Positions 36,130 to 44,944 of a DNA stretch of 64,000 bases are shown in pieces. The stretch's first letter is position 1; each line of letters begins with the position of its first letter. The notes beneath the pieces were generated by a model. It did not search any database. It was not told where the DNA came from and was given only the letters and a program-made list of their open reading frames with translations. Made by a program: the position numbers and the translations under genes. Origin of the DNA: an uncultured Candidatus Binatia bacterium. Its GTDB lineage: Bacteria > Desulfobacterota > Binatia > UBA9968 > JAJDTQ01. The stretch covers positions 3,353,515 through 3,417,514 of the forward strand of contig OZ251459.1 in assembly GCA_965242525.1 (NCBI GenBank). The letters run 5' to 3'.

Positions 36130-36993
36130 TCAGGCGTTGGCGATGGCGCGCTCCAGCGCGCGCCGGACGAACACCGCGGCCATCTGGGTCTTGTAGGACG
36201 CGGATCCCCGGAAGTCGCTCACCGGGTCGGTGGCTTCCCTGGCCTTCTCCCCGGCTTCCCGAAGCCCCTCGGGCTTCACCGGCTGGCCCCGGAGCACGGC
36301 CTCGGCGTCCGCGGCGCGCACCGGCGTGGTGTTGACGCTGCCCATGGCGATGCGCACGTCCTCGATCGTGGTCTTGCCCGGGTCCAGGGTCACCACCGCG
36401 GCTGCGCTGACCGTGGCGTAGTCGTCCGCGGAGCGCGGCAGGAACTTGAGGTAGGCCCCGCCGCTGTGGGCGGGCATCAACGGCACGTTGACGCCGCTCA
36501 GGACCTCGTCCGGCTCCAGCACGGTCTCGTAGTAGTCTCTGAAGAAGTCTTCGGCCGCTACCGTCCGGCTGCCGCGGGAGGAACTCAACTCGAAGGAGGC
36601 GCCCAGGGCGATGAGCGACGGCGGCGGGTCCTGGTTGGGGTCCGCGTGGGCGAGGCCGCCCCCCACCGTGGCCATGGTGCGCACCCGCTGGGTGGCCACG
36701 TGGTGGTAGGTCTCGGCCAGCATGGGCAGCTTCTCCTGCACCACCGGGGAGGCGTCCAGGGCGGCGTGGCTCATGAGGCCGCCGATGTGCACGCTGCCGT
36801 CGTTCTCGGACACGCCGCCCAGGTCCGACACGTTGCGGAGGCTGATGACGCACGCGGGCTGCACGAGCTGCTGCTTCATCATGATGACCAGGGCGGTGCC
36901 GCCGGCGATCAGCTTGCCGTCGGGTCCCAGCTCCTTCAGGGCCGCGTGGGCCTCTTCGAGGCTTCCCGGAGTACGGTAATCGAAAGCGATCAT
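36130..36993 (-). CDS. Molybdenum hydroxylase FAD-binding medium subunit (CoxM-like).
   Basis: MIAFDYRTPGSLEEAHAAL...IAGGTAL...TVGGGLAHADP. ATGA overlap with the small-subunit stop. Confidence 0.85.
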   Translation of the reverse strand: MIAFDYRTPGSLEEAHAALKELGPDGKLIAGGTALVIMMKQQLVQPACVISLRNVSDLGGVSENDGSVHIGGLMSHAALDASPVVQEKLPMLAETYHHVATQRVRTMATVGGGLAHADPNQDPPPSLIALGASFELSSSRGSRTVAAEDFFRDYYETVLEPDEVLSGVNVPLMPAHSGGAYLKFLPRSADDYATVSAAAVVTLDPGKTTIEDVRIAMGSVNTTPVRAADAEAVLRGQPVKPEGLREAGEKAREATDPVSDFRGSASYKTQMAAVFVRRALERAIANA

Positions 36994-37472
36994 TCCTCGA
37001 CCCCTTGCCCGGCGAACTCGTGCGCCTTCTCGATGGATTCGATGATCTTGTAGTAGCCGGTGCAGCGGCACAGGTTGCCCATCATCCAGTCCTTGATATC
37101 TTCCTCGTTGGGCCGGGGGTTGCGGTCCAGCAAGGCCTTGGCCGCCACCACCTGGCCGGGGGTGCAGATGCCGCACTGGAAGCCGCCGTAGCGGATGAAG
37201 CTCTGCTGCACCGGATGGAGCTCGCCGTCCCGGGCCAGCCCTTCCACCGTGGTCACGTCGTGCCCGTCGGCAAAGACCGCCAGGGCCAGGCACGAGCTCA
37301 CCATCTCGCCGTCCATGAGCACCGTGCACGCGCCGCACACGCCGACGCTGCACCCTTCCTTGGTTCCGGTGAGGCCCAGGTCGTACCGGAGCACGTCCAC
37401 CAGCAAGCGGTTGGTGGGCACGTCCAGTTCGTGCTCCGTCCCGTTGACGCGAAACTTGATCTTCTTGTCCAT
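36990..37472 (-). CDS. Molybdenum hydroxylase 2Fe-2S small subunit (CoxS-like).
   Basis: CSVGVCGACTV and CGICTPG...CRCTGY cysteine clusters. Confidence 0.85.
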   Translation of the reverse strand: MDKKIKFRVNGTEHELDVPTNRLLVDVLRYDLGLTGTKEGCSVGVCGACTVLMDGEMVSSCLALAVFADGHDVTTVEGLARDGELHPVQQSFIRYGGFQCGICTPGQVVAAKALLDRNPRPNEEDIKDWMMGNLCRCTGYYKIIESIEKAHEFAGQGVEE

Positions 37473-37650
37473 GAAATCCGTCTCCGATCGTGGGGTTTGT
37501 TGCTCGGAGGGTCTGGGGATACCCGAAAAGCCGCTCCGTTATAGGAAGAATCAAGGCAAAGTGCAAGCAAGGCTCCGGGGCTTGGCTCCCCGCTTCGTTC
37601 CGGCGTCCCCGGAGCGCATGCGTCCCGCCGCAGGGGGTGGAACGGGCGGT

Positions 37651-38232
37651 TCAGGCGCTTTCCACGGGCTTGTCCATGAACCGGCCGATGCGCTGCGCGA
37701 GGTCTTCCAGCCGTTTGCCGCCGCCCCGGTCCAGCAGCACCGAACGCGAGTCGGACAGGAGCAGGCGGAGCGAGCGGGCCGGAAAGGACTTGCGCCCTGC
37801 GGTGGAGCCGGCCACGGCGTAGCCGCTGTAAACCTGGTCGTCGGCGAGCTTCAGGCCCCGGACCTCGTGGAAGTCCAGGGTCAACCGGCGCCGCCCCAGC
37901 AGGCTGGCGCGGGTCATATGGACCTTGCCCGCGCGCCGGTCGATGCGGATGGCGCGCTTGAGCGTGAGCAGGAACAGGGCAACCCCGAAGAGGACGGCGT
38001 TCATGGCCGGGAAGTACCACAGGTTCCCCACCGGGCTGTGGAGACCCTGGGCGCGGATGGCCTGGAACACCGGCGCCGACAGCAACAGCAGCAGGACCGC
38101 GATGCCCAGGCACAGGGCCGCGGGGAAGCGTCCGCCGCGCCAGACCAAGCGGATCTCGTCCTCGCCCGCAGGTTCCGTGCGGAACCCCAGCCGGTTGCCG
38201 ATGGACTCGAAGTGTCGCGGGTCGCCTGTCAT
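37651..38232 (-). CDS. Hypothetical membrane protein (2 TM).
   Basis: ORF with two hydrophobic helices; no recognisable domain. Confidence 0.4.
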   Translation of the reverse strand: MTGDPRHFESIGNRLGFRTEPAGEDEIRLVWRGGRFPAALCLGIAVLLLLLSAPVFQAIRAQGLHSPVGNLWYFPAMNAVLFGVALFLLTLKRAIRIDRRAGKVHMTRASLLGRRRLTLDFHEVRGLKLADDQVYSGYAVAGSTAGRKSFPARSLRLLLSDSRSVLLDRGGGKRLEDLAQRIGRFMDKPVESA

Positions 38233-38274
38233 AGCGGTGACCGGCCCCGGGCCGCCCGCCGCGACCGGACCGGG

Positions 38275-38451
38275 CTATTGCTCCGGCTTGACCCCGTGCT
38301 TTTGCAGCGTCCGGTCGGAGCGGTCCCGGATATCCTGCTGCGCACCCCGGGCCTGGGCGCGGATCTTCTCGCCGCAGGTCTGGCAGATGCCGCCGTTCAG
38401 CGGGGCGACCTTGGCGCACACCATGCAGCGCTCCCGTGGCTGCCTCTCCAT
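38275..38451 (-). CDS. Small zinc-ribbon protein, 58 aa.
   Basis: MERQPRERCMVCAKVAPLNGGICQTCGEKI contains CxxC...CxxC. The upstream part of the track ORF 38275..38670 is a repeat translation. Confidence 0.4.
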   Translation of the reverse strand: MERQPRERCMVCAKVAPLNGGICQTCGEKIRAQARGAQQDIRDRSDRTLQKHGVKPEQ

Positions 38452-38459
38452 GGCACCGA

Positions 38460-38700
38460 GCTTAACCGAAAACACGGGACGAGAAAACAGGCTCTTCCGG
38501 CTTTCGTGCGGGCAAGTTTCGTGTGGGCAAGGCAGGAGGGAAAGGGCCATGGGGTTTGCTCGCAAGGTCTGGATTCCCGCTTTCGCAGGAATGACGAGCG
38601 GGTGGGCTTTCGCGGGTATGACGAGGCGGGCTTTCGCAGGTATGACGGGATAGGGAGTGTCGCAACCCACACGAATTCCGGAAGCGCCCCGAAAGATACC
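38460..38700. repeat. Repeat cluster: RepC, then the 45-bp block shared with 18976, then three tandem ~23-bp RepB-derived units, then inverse RepC.
   Basis: AGTTTGCTCGCAAGGTCTGGATTCCCGCTTTCGC is identical to 18976-19010. Tandem units GGGCTTTCGCGGGTATGACGAGG. Confidence 0.8.
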
Positions 38701-38766
38701 GGACCGGCCGGCGGCTCGACCCGGTGCGGACCTTCCCCCGGTCGGGAAGCCGGTCGCAGGGACGGG

Positions 38767-39261
38767 TCAGGGCAGCGGCTCGATCTGGCGCGGACCCTCC
38801 AGGATCATTTGCAGCCCGTACTTGGGATCGTCCCTGACCGTGCCCGTGAGCTCCACCTCCTGTCCCTGGAACCGGTCCGGATGGGCGTCCTCGCGCAGGA
38901 AGGAATCCACCGCGGACGAGAATATGACCGCGGTGAAGGCGGACCGGGACGGGCCGAAGTCCAGGAAGTAGGTGTTGCTCCTGGACGAGTGCCCCACGCG
39001 GAAGACCCGTCCCCGGACCCGCGCCCGCGTCCCTGCAAGCTCCCGGAGCCGCTCCACCTCCACCACGTCCACCACCGGCAGCTCAGCCGTGACTGTGGAT
39101 TCGAGGGCCGAAACGCCGGACGGAAAGCCGTCGCACGGCGGCGCGCCGGTCCAGAGCCGGTACGAGAAATGGCTCAGGGAACCGGAAAGGAACACCGCCA
39201 GCAGAAGCGCCGCGGACCGAACCGAAAGCCGCTTTTGGAATACCGAGAACCTGAACGCCAT
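38767..39261 (-). CDS. Hypothetical exported protein (N-terminal signal peptide).
   Basis: MAFRFSVFQKRLSVRSAALLLAVFLSGSLS is a signal peptide. The start codon lies inside the 60-bp RepD copy. Confidence 0.45.
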   Translation of the reverse strand: MAFRFSVFQKRLSVRSAALLLAVFLSGSLSHFSYRLWTGAPPCDGFPSGVSALESTVTAELPVVDVVEVERLRELAGTRARVRGRVFRVGHSSRSNTYFLDFGPSRSAFTAVIFSSAVDSFLREDAHPDRFQGQEVELTGTVRDDPKYGLQMILEGPRQIEPLP

Positions 39262-39310
39262 GACCCGACTCCCTGGAATAGGGAATCGGCGTGACGGCGG
39301 GGATCTTTAG
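39251..39310. repeat. RepD copy 1: a 60-bp direct repeat carrying RBS plus ATG on the minus strand.
   Basis: CTGAACGCCATGACCCGACTCCCTGGAATAGGGAATCGGCGTGACGGCGGGGATCTTTAG; 57/60 identical to 40051-40110. Confidence 0.8.
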
Positions 39311-39490
39311 GGAGTTATCCGGCAAAATAGATTCCCGCTTTCGCGGGAATGACGGGGGCAGGCGTCTGCGGCATGACGGGGCGAGCGTCCGCGGGAATGC
39401 CGGCCTGAGTGTCCTCGGGAATGACGGCGTGACCCCTGTCGCCCCCCTTCTCCTGCCTTACCCACACGAAAGCCCGAAGGCCCAGCCCAG
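39305..39490. repeat. Degenerate tandem array of RepB-type units (GGAATGACGG, GCATGACGGGG, GGGAATGCCGG, GGGAATGACGG) followed by inverse RepC.
   Basis: Successive ~22-25 bp units each ending in ...GGGAATGACG(G); CCCACACGAAAGCCCGAAGGCC at 39461. Confidence 0.7.
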
Positions 39491-39498
39491 CCAAGCGG

Positions 39499-39816
39499 CT
39501 AACTGGCCACTGTCGGGGAGAGCCTCAGCACGGCAATAGCAATGGTGGCGGCCAGTCCCATGCCTCCGATGATTCCCCCCAACCACCATACCTTGAGTTT
39601 TTGGAGGTCTTCCTTGGTAGCAAAGTACTGTATATGGGTTTCAAAGTGCTGCAAATGGGTTTCGAGTTTCTGCAGGTCTTCCTTGGTAGCGAGGTACCGG
39701 AAGTGGGTTTCCAGTCTCGTGAGCCGATTTTCCAGACCATCGCTGACCCCCCTGCTGCCGCTCTCCGCTGCGGGCGGGTCAGGAGGAGCCTTGAAATCCG
39801 GGTTGGCGCTCATCAC
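39499..39816 (-). CDS. Small tail-anchored coiled-coil protein with an internal tandem repeat (XhlA-like architecture).
   Basis: Protein repeat ETHFRYLATKEDLQKL / ETHIQYFATKEDLQKL, encoded by the DNA direct repeat CAGGTCTTCCTTGGTAGC(A/G)A(A/G)GTAC at 39606 and 39675. C-terminal TM GGIIGGMGLAATIAIAV. Confidence 0.45.
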   Translation of the reverse strand: MMSANPDFKAPPDPPAAESGSRGVSDGLENRLTRLETHFRYLATKEDLQKLETHLQHFETHIQYFATKEDLQKLKVWWLGGIIGGMGLAATIAIAVLRLSPTVAS

Positions 39817-40050
39817 TGTTTCTCCATGTCCTTATGCCAGTCCTGCCGAGGCACGGCCTTCTCCCTTCGTCCCAAAGAACCGACCACCGCCAGCCGAGCG
39901 CAGCCGGTTTGGTTTTTCTCCCGACCGCCCATGCAGGTCTCACTCTACTGCAACGGGACCCTGGAATGCAACGTTTTCCGCACTCCACAAGGCTATCGTT
40001 CCGTCGTTCCCTTGCATACGGGACAGGGTATCAGGACAACTTCCAGGGAC

Positions 40051-40110
40051 CTGGACGCCATGACCCGACTCCCTGGAACAGGGAATCGGCGTGACGGCGG
40101 GATTCTTTAG
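40051..40110. repeat. RepD copy 2.
   Basis: Direct repeat of 39251-39310; here the embedded ATG opens only a 22-codon ORF. Confidence 0.8.
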
Positions 40111-40182
40111 CGATTCTTCGACAGGGTTCCCTCGGCGACCCGTACGTCCGGACGCTCCGGGCAGGCGCCGCGCCCGGCCCGT

Positions 40183-41511
40183 TCAGGGCAGGCACATTTC
40201 GAGGATGAGCCGCTCCATGGCGGCCTGGGGTTCGACGCCGGAGGACTTGAGGCGGGCGTCGGTCTCCCGGACCAGGCGGAGGAAAACCCTGAGCTTGGGG
40301 AGGGGGAACTTCTCGGCTCGCTGCAACGTCAGGTAGTTGGCGTAGGGGCTCTTGGTGGGCATTCCTTCGGTGTCCGCAGGCACCTGCTGCTGGAACTGGG
40401 CAAAGGACATGGACCGGCGCCAGACTCCGGCCAACTCGTGGTCGAGGAGTTGGCGGGCGCTGAGGAGGCGGCGCACTTGGCTGGCGATGGCCCCCAGCAC
40501 CCGCAGCGGGTACTCGCCGTTGGCCAGGAGGCGCCTGAGAAAGCCCAGGGACTGAAGCGCGTCCCTCCGTCCCAGGGAATCGGTCAGGTCGAACACCCAG
40601 CTCTCCGACTGGTCGATGAAGACCTCGTCCACGTCGGACGGGCCCACGGTGTCGGAGTCCCCCACGTACAGGAGCAGCTTCTCGATCTCCTGCTGGACCG
40701 TCCATAGCTCGTTGCCGCACCGGGACAGCAGGGTCTCCCGGGCCCGGGGGTCGATGCGCTTGCGCGCCTGCCGAAGGCCCTGGTCCAGGAACGCGGCCAG
40801 GAACTCGCGGCGGATGCGCCCGCTCCGGTCCCGCTCCACCCCGAGATCGACGACGCAGCCGTTGCGGCCCAACTGCTTGTAGGCGCGTCCGCGCTTGTCC
40901 ACCTGGGAGGCCAGCAGCAGCAGGCGGCAACCGTCGGGCAACCCTCGCTCCAGCAGTTGCAGGATCCGGCCCTGCTCGTCGGCCTTGGGGTTGCCCAAAG
41001 GGAGCTTCTGTTCGCGGCAATACTGCCACACCGCCTGGACCTCCCGCGCGCGGGTCCGGTAGTCCTTGAGGGTTTGGGCGAGCTCCGACGGGTCCTGCGC
41101 CTCCTGCCACTGCTCCCGCGTCCAGCCCTCCGAACGCAGCAACGCCATGAAGGCGCGTCCGCTCTCGTCCCTCTGCCCCTCCTCCCAGAGGCCCAGCGAC
41201 TTCTCGAGCAGGTCCGTCTTCCGTTCCGCGGGGGCGAACCAGGGGACGGACTCCACCACCACCGTGCACGTGGGGGCGAACAGGGACGGGGTCAGGAGGG
41301 CGGCTTCGATGTCCGCCCACGGAGCGGTCCGCGCGTCGAACCTCGACGTGTCGAGGCCGCGTTCCGAATCCGGGGCGACGACCTTCAGCACCGCCCGGCT
41401 CGTGCTGCGGACGCGGTACTCGTCCCCGTGGAGCAGGATGACGGACGGCCCCTTTCCTTCGCGAAGGCTCTGCAGGAGCGTCCTTGCGCCGTCGGTGGCG
41501 GCTGCGGCCAT
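40183..41511 (-). CDS. holA: DNA polymerase III delta subunit.
   Basis: DNA_pol3_delta N-terminal domain (VILLHGDEYRV...) and the overall clamp-loader delta architecture. Confidence 0.75.
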   Translation of the reverse strand: MAAAATDGARTLLQSLREGKGPSVILLHGDEYRVRSTSRAVLKVVAPDSERGLDTSRFDARTAPWADIEAALLTPSLFAPTCTVVVESVPWFAPAERKTDLLEKSLGLWEEGQRDESGRAFMALLRSEGWTREQWQEAQDPSELAQTLKDYRTRAREVQAVWQYCREQKLPLGNPKADEQGRILQLLERGLPDGCRLLLLASQVDKRGRAYKQLGRNGCVVDLGVERDRSGRIRREFLAAFLDQGLRQARKRIDPRARETLLSRCGNELWTVQQEIEKLLLYVGDSDTVGPSDVDEVFIDQSESWVFDLTDSLGRRDALQSLGFLRRLLANGEYPLRVLGAIASQVRRLLSARQLLDHELAGVWRRSMSFAQFQQQVPADTEGMPTKSPYANYLTLQRAEKFPLPKLRVFLRLVRETDARLKSSGVEPQAAMERLILEMCLP

Positions 41512-41515
41512 GGGG

Positions 41516-41713
41516 TCAGCGCCTCGACACCCACATCTGGTTCTTGTCGTTCCAGACGTAGTCCGATTTCCACACCTTCAGACCCACCGTGAAGTCGCCG
41601 CCGGACCTCGACAGGAAGACTTTCTGGGTCGAATGGGGGATGTCCACCCTGGCCACCAGCATGACCTGCTTGTTCAAGTCCCGCCGCACCAGCACTCGGT
41701 CCCCCACCTCCAT
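41516..41713 (-). CDS. Small hypothetical protein (66 aa) upstream of holA.
   Basis: MEVGDRVLVRRDLNKQVMLVARVDIPHSTQ... The rest of track ORF 41516..42907 runs antisense to the FAH gene. Confidence 0.3.
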   Translation of the reverse strand: MEVGDRVLVRRDLNKQVMLVARVDIPHSTQKVFLSRSGGDFTVGLKVWKSDYVWNDKNQMWVSRR

Positions 41714-42031
41714 GGCGGTACGCTGTACCCTGGCTCGCCTCACACCCCGAAGGGTAACACCGGCGGCCCGGCCGCGCAATTTCACCGGAGGCGCCCGCGG
41801 CCGTAAACGCGGCTGCGACCGCGGCTTGACAACCATACGGCGCTTCTCTATGAGGATAGGGGCGGGGCCGCCGGACGCTTGGGCCGGCGGCGGAGTCCGC
41901 ACGGACCGTCCGGTCCGAGGGGCCACGCAGGACCCGCCCGCCGCATCCATTCCTGCCGTTGGAGACAGAGAGCGTAGCGCTGGGGAACCTGCGCCGGATC
42001 GGTCCCCGGGACCGGGATCAGGAGGCCGTCG

Positions 42032-42979
42032 ATGCGTTTCGTCACTTACAACTTCCAGAGGGAGAACCGTCTCGGCCTGATGACCGGCGAGGACCAGATC
42101 ATGGACCTCCGGCAGGTCAGCAAGCGCTATCTGCCGGGGTCCGCGGCCTCGTACCTGGACAGCATGCAGGCGTTCCTCGACGCCGGCGCCAAGGCGTTGC
42201 AAACCGCCAGGAAAGCGGCCCGCTACGTGGAGGAGCTGGATTCCAAGGGCGTCCGACGGCTCGCCCAGATTGACGTCCTGGTGAAGCGCAACCGCGCCCG
42301 GCTGTTGTCGCCCATCCCCGCGCCGCGAAAGAACGTCATCTGCCTGGGGGTGAACTACCAGGAGCACATCGACGAGGGCGACCGGGTCCGGGACGTGAAA
42401 CTCGACACGCCCCAGGCCCCGGTGTTCTTCACCAAGCCGGCCACCGCGGTCATCGGGGACCAGGGCCGGGTGCTGGCCCATTCGGCCACCGACAAGATCG
42501 ACTGGGAGGTGGAGTTGGCCGTGGTCATCGGCCGCAAGGGCAGGAACATCCCCCGGGCCAAGGCCAACGACTACGTCTTCGGTTACACCGTCTGCCTGGA
42601 CATGACCGCCCGGGACCTCCAGCGCCGCCACCTCCAGTGGTTCAAGGGCAAGGCCCTGGACACTTTCTGCCCCCTGGGTCCCTGCATCGTGCACAAGAGC
42701 GCCATGCCCGACCCGCAGAACGTCAGGCTCCAGTGCCGCGTCAACGGCGAGACCATGCAGGACGGCAACAGCCGGGACATGATCTTCGACATCCCCACCA
42801 CCATCGAGCAGCTTTCCCATGGCATGACACTGGAACCCGGCGACGTCATCAGCACGGGAACCCCGTCGGGGGTGGGTTTCGCCCGCACGCCGCCCGTTTT
42901 CCTCCACCCCGGGGACAAAGTGGAAGGGGAAGTGGAGGGCGTCGGCGTGCTCGAAGTCAAGATCGCCGCGGCCCGTTAG
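42032..42979 (+). CDS. Fumarylacetoacetate hydrolase (FAH)-family hydratase/decarboxylase.
   Basis: FAH-fold blocks NYQEHIDE, PVFFTKP, DWEVELAVVIGR and GDVISTGTPSGVG. Confidence 0.8.
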   Translation: MRFVTYNFQRENRLGLMTGEDQIMDLRQVSKRYLPGSAASYLDSMQAFLDAGAKALQTARKAARYVEELDSKGVRRLAQIDVLVKRNRARLLSPIPAPRKNVICLGVNYQEHIDEGDRVRDVKLDTPQAPVFFTKPATAVIGDQGRVLAHSATDKIDWEVELAVVIGRKGRNIPRAKANDYVFGYTVCLDMTARDLQRRHLQWFKGKALDTFCPLGPCIVHKSAMPDPQNVRLQCRVNGETMQDGNSRDMIFDIPTTIEQLSHGMTLEPGDVISTGTPSGVGFARTPPVFLHPGDKVEGEVEGVGVLEVKIAAAR

Positions 42980-43023
42980 CGGGGCCGGCAGGTCCCGTCG
43001 GACGCGGGTTCCGAGAGCTCCCC

Positions 43024-43224
43024 GTGGTCATCCGCATCAACGGCAAAGACAGCGAGGTGGCGGCCGACATCAGCGTCGCCCGACTGCTGGAGGACCTGGA
43101 GTTGCGGCCCGGGCGCGTGGTGGTGGAGCTCAACGCCCGGGTGCTCTCGCGCGACGCCCACGGCGCCACGCGCCTCGAGCAGGGGGACGAGGTGGAGATC
43201 GTCCACTTCGTGGGCGGTGGATAG
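43024..43224 (+). CDS. thiS: Sulfur carrier protein ThiS.
   Basis: 66 aa, (V)VIRINGK...EVEIVHFVGGG with C-terminal GG. GTG start. Followed directly by thiG. Confidence 0.7.
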   Translation: MVIRINGKDSEVAADISVARLLEDLELRPGRVVVELNARVLSRDAHGATRLEQGDEVEIVHFVGGG

Positions 43225-43230
43225 AGAACC

Positions 43231-44040
43231 ATGACCGATCCCGTATCCCAAGGCCCGGGGGCGGCGCCCTCCGATGGCCTGCGTCTGGCCGGGAGGGAGT
43301 ACCGCTCCCGGTTGATCGTCGGCACGGGCAAGTACCGCGACTTCGAGGAAACCCGCAAGGCCATCGAGGCTTCCGGGGCCGAGATCGTGACGGTGGCGGT
43401 CCGGCGCGTCAACGTGGTCGATCTGGACCGGGAGAACCTGCTCGACTACCTGGATCCCGCCAAGTTCACCATCCTCCCCAACACCGCGGGCTGCCATACC
43501 CCGGACGAAGCCGTGCGGACCTGCCGCCTGGCCCGGGAAGCGGGGGTCGGCAGCATGATCAAGCTCGAAGTCATCGGCGACGACAGGACGCTCTTCCCCG
43601 ACACCCCGGGCACCCTCGAAGCCGCGCGGCTGCTGGTGGAGGACGGCTTTACGGTGCTGCCGTACATCAGCGACGACGTGGTCACCGCCCGGAAGCTCGA
43701 AGACATGGGCTGCGCCGCGGTGATGCCCCTGGCCGCGCCCATCGGCTCCGGCCTGGGTATCCGCAACCCCTACAACATCCGCATCATCCAGGAGAACGTC
43801 TCCATCCCGGTCATCGTGGATGCGGGGGTGGGGACCGCCTCCGACGCCGCCATCGTCATGGAGATGGGCTGCGACGGCGTGCTCATGAACACGGCCATCG
43901 CCGGGGCCCGGGACCCGGTTCTCATGGCCGACGCCATGAAGCTCGCGGTGGAGGCCGGGCGCAAGGCGTTCCTGGCCGGGCGCATCCCCAGGAAGCTCTA
44001 CGCCACCGCGTCGAGTCCCATCGAAGGACTCCTCGCCTGA
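43231..44040 (+). CDS. thiG: Thiazole synthase.
   Basis: RLIVGTGKY...KLEVIGD...[14 protein letters not shown] is the ThiG TIM-barrel signature. Confidence 0.9.
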   Translation: MTDPVSQGPGAAPSDGLRLAGREYRSRLIVGTGKYRDFEETRKAIEASGAEIVTVAVRRVNVVDLDRENLLDYLDPAKFTILPNTAGCHTPDEAVRTCRLAREAGVGSMIKLEVIGDDRTLFPDTPGTLEAARLLVEDGFTVLPYISDDVVTARKLEDMGCAAVMPLAAPIGSGLGIRNPYNIRIIQENVSIPVIVDAGVGTASDAAIVMEMGCDGVLMNTAIAGARDPVLMADAMKLAVEAGRKAFLAGRIPRKLYATASSPIEGLLA

Positions 44041-44073
44041 CCGGCGTCCCGCGGGGAACGTCGGGCCGGACCC

Positions 44074-44745
44074 TTGAGAGCCGTCGATTTCGACCTGTAC
44101 CTCGTCACCGACCGCAAGGCCACCGCGGGCCGGGACCTGCTGTGGGTGCTGGAGCAGGCGTTGGAGGGCGGAGTCCGGGCGGTGCAACTGCGGGAAAAGG
44201 ACCTGGGCGGGCGGGCGCTGCTGGAGCTCGCGCGAGAAGTGAAGCGGCTGTGCGACGGCTACGGCGCCGAGCTCTTCGTCAACGACCGCGTGGACGTGGC
44301 TTTGGCCGCGGACGCCGCGGGCGTGCACCTGGCCGCGGACTCCATGCCCGCGGCGACGGCCCGGGCGCTCCTCGGCGCGGACCGCAAGATCGGCGTGTCC
44401 ACCCACTCCCCCGCGGAGGTCCGCGCCGCGGCCCGGGCGGGCGCAGACTTCGTGGTCTTCGGACCGGTGTTCGCCACCCCGTCCAAGACGCGGTTCGGCG
44501 ACCCCCAGGGACCCGCGGCCCTCGGGGCCGTCACGGACGGCGCGCAACTGCCGGTCTTCGCCATCGGCGGCGTCACCGAGCGCAACCTGCCCGAGATCAA
44601 GGCCGCCGGCACGGACCGGGTCGCCCTGGTCTCCGCGGTATCGGAGGCGCCCGACCCCAAGGCCGCGGCCCGGCGCCTCCTGGCGGCGTTGCGGGTCCGG
44701 GACCCGGCCAAGGAAACTCGGAACAACGATTCCCGTTCGCCCTAA
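44074..44745 (+). CDS. thiE: Thiamine-phosphate synthase.
   Basis: DLYLVTD...VQLREKD...GADFVVFGPVFATPSK...FAIGGV. Confidence 0.85.
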   Translation: MRAVDFDLYLVTDRKATAGRDLLWVLEQALEGGVRAVQLREKDLGGRALLELAREVKRLCDGYGAELFVNDRVDVALAADAAGVHLAADSMPAATARALLGADRKIGVSTHSPAEVRAAARAGADFVVFGPVFATPSKTRFGDPQGPAALGAVTDGAQLPVFAIGGVTERNLPEIKAAGTDRVALVSAVSEAPDPKAAARRLLAALRVRDPAKETRNNDSRSP

Positions 44746-44815
44746 GCGTAGCGTAGCGAAGTTCCCCGTTCATCCTGAGCGTAGCAAAGCGAAGTCGAAG
44801 GACGTGCTCTTCCAC
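44726..44815. repeat. Two tandem RepA copies overlapping the thiE 3' end.
   Basis: CGTTCGCCCTAAGCGTAGCGTAGCGAAG, then CCCCGTTCATCCTGAGCGTAGCAAAGCGAAGTCGAAGGACGTGC. Confidence 0.8.
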
Positions 44816-44944
44816 AGCGAGAAGGAGCCCAAGCCGGAATGGATCAGAAGTTCCCTGAGCATTCGAGCCCCGGGACACCGGCCCAAGGCTGCCCGGAAAC
44901 GTGACGCGGCCTGCCGCGGGTGACCGGAGAAAGGGAGGGAATCA

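Noticed and set aside
38551-38650. Possible CRISPR array (tandem 23-bp units at 19011, 38573 and 39330).
   Set aside because: Units are directly adjacent with no unique spacers, too short for CRISPR repeats, and no cas genes are present. These are minisatellite-like REP derivatives.
41714-42907. Upstream 400 aa of track ORF 41516..42907 -.
   Set aside because: It is antisense to the FAH-family gene (42032..42979), which has strong family motifs. Only the last 66 codons (41516..41713) are retained, and those as low-confidence.
42980-43023. TPP riboswitch expected upstream of thiS-thiG-thiE.
   Set aside because: Only 44 nt separate the FAH stop from the thiS start, and no CUGAGA / ACCUGAUCUGGAUAAUGCCAGCG-type core is present. 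If a THI element exists it is elsewhere.
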